Virus record (IMG/VR): IMGVR_UViG_2645728048_000034
Location: 1-62,864 of that record
Length of the DNA: 62,864 nt
Direction: 5' to 3' (one strand)
Source: a virus
Taxonomy: Duplodnaviria; Heunggongvirae; Uroviricota; Caudoviricetes
A program made the position numbers and the translations under genes. Below the pieces are notes generated by a model. The model was given only the letters and a program-made list of their open reading frames with translations. It had not been told where the DNA came from and did no database searches. Numbering within the stretch: position 1 is the stretch's first letter; each line of letters begins with the position of its first letter. Of this stretch, positions 61,884 to 62,864 are shown piece after piece.

Positions 61884-62864
61884 ATGGCAATTAAGAAGCT
61901 CGATGATGGTCGCTATGAAGTGGACATTAGACCTCGCGGTCGCGACGGAAAACGCATCCGCAGGAAATTTGAAAGAAAAGCTGAAGCACTAGCATTTGAG
62001 CGATACACAATCGCCAATGCCAGTCAGAAAGAATGGGGAGGCCAGCGAGCAGACCGCCGAACTTTGACAGAATTACTCGACATCTGGTGGAAATACCACG
62101 GGCAAAACCACGAGCATGGGACAAAAGAGTTTAATCATCTGCTCAAAACCATCAGCGGCATAGGTGATATACCAGTGAGTCGGATGAACAAAAGGGCTTT
62201 GATGGATTATCGCTCCATGCGACTACGTGATGGCATCAGTGCTGCAACGATAAACCGCGACATGTACCGATTATCCGGCATGTTCACAAAATTAATTCAA
62301 TTGGATGAATTTTCCGGGCAACACCCAATTCACGGACTGCCGCCACTGACGGAGGCTAACCCTGAAATGACGTTCCTGGAAAAAGCAGAAATCGAAAAAC
62401 TGCTAAATGTTTTGACTGGTGATGACTTACTTGTCGCGCTTTTATGTCTGAGCACTGGAGGAAGGTGGACGGAAGTTGCCACGCTAAAACCAGCACAGAT
62501 TACAAGTTGCAGGGTTACCTTCCTGAAAACCAAAAACGGTAAAAAGCGAACAGTGCCGATTTCTGAGGAACTGGAGAAAAAAGTTAAAGAGGAGGCCAGC
62601 GCCAAATTGTTCAAGGTAGATTATGAGAAGTTTTGCGGGATTTTACGCAGAGTGAAACCTGATATACCTCCCAATCAGGCAACCCACATTCTGCGGCATA
62701 CATTCGCAAGCCATTTCATGATGAATGGGGGCAACATAATTGCACTGCAACAGATTCTGGGGCATGCGAGCATTCAGCAGACAATGACCTATGCGCACCT
62801 TGCGCCTGACTACCTGCAGAACGCCGTCGCTCTGAATCCACTAAAAGGCGGAGTGACGTTATAA
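61884..62864 (+). CDS. int: P2-type tyrosine integrase
   Basis: Starts MAIKKLDDGRYEVDIRP; ...HILRHTFASHFMMNGG...LGHASIQQTMTYAH catalytic region; stop at window end. Confidence 0.85.
   Translation: MAIKKLDDGRYEVDIRPRGRDGKRIRRKFERKAEALAFERYTIANASQKEWGGQRADRRTLTELLDIWWKYHGQNHEHGTKEFNHLLKTISGIGDIPVSRMNKRALMDYRSMRLRDGISAATINRDMYRLSGMFTKLIQLDEFSGQHPIHGLPPLTEANPEMTFLEKAEIEKLLNVLTGDDLLVALLCLSTGGRWTEVATLKPAQITSCRVTFLKTKNGKKRTVPISEELEKKVKEEASAKLFKVDYEKFCGILRRVKPDIPPNQATHILRHTFASHFMMNGGNIIALQQILGHASIQQTMTYAHLAPDYLQNAVALNPLKGGVTL

Larger units (their letters stand above)
40641..62864 (-). mobile_element. P2-like prophage remnant, continuing beyond the window end
   Basis: Gene order and sizes match P2; FI/FII/E/T/U/D/ogr absent; cos 19-mer present. 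Confidence 0.8.

Noticed and set aside
1-62864. CRISPR arrays, rRNA, IS elements or transposases
   Set aside because: No regularly spaced direct repeats, no rRNA-like stretches, and no ORF with transposase-like features.

Overview
The window starts with chromosomal yebY and an sdsR/ryeB-like sRNA, then holds two prophage-derived blocks fused tail-to-tail. Block 1 (about 604-40669, mostly + strand) is a lambdoid prophage: integrase/xis, a Rac-like early region (lar, recT, recE, racC, ydaE, kilR, ydaF), a repressor/cro-like switch, ydaT/ydaU/dnaC-like replication genes, a nin-like region, a Q-like antiterminator, a lysis cassette, and a Mu/SfV-like myovirus morphogenesis module ending in tail fibre and tfa. 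Block 2 (40641 to the window end, mirror orientation) is a P2-like prophage remnant with gene sizes matching P2: G, H, I, J, W, V, S, R, lysCBA, K, Y, X, L, M, N, O, then P, Q, a cos site, A, B, cox, C and int. It lacks the sheath, tube, tape measure, D and ogr genes. Best candidates for an undescribed system: (1) an AT-rich 827-aa SF2 helicase fused to a PD-(D/E)xK-like nuclease, sitting in the P2 old/tin hotspot between A and cos; (2) an AT-rich two-gene cassette (310-aa protein plus 85-aa 2-TM protein) in the lambdoid nin region, next to an orphan hok-type toxin. Product calls rest on recalled family signatures and gene order, not database searches; non-CDS coordinates are approximate to a few nt.
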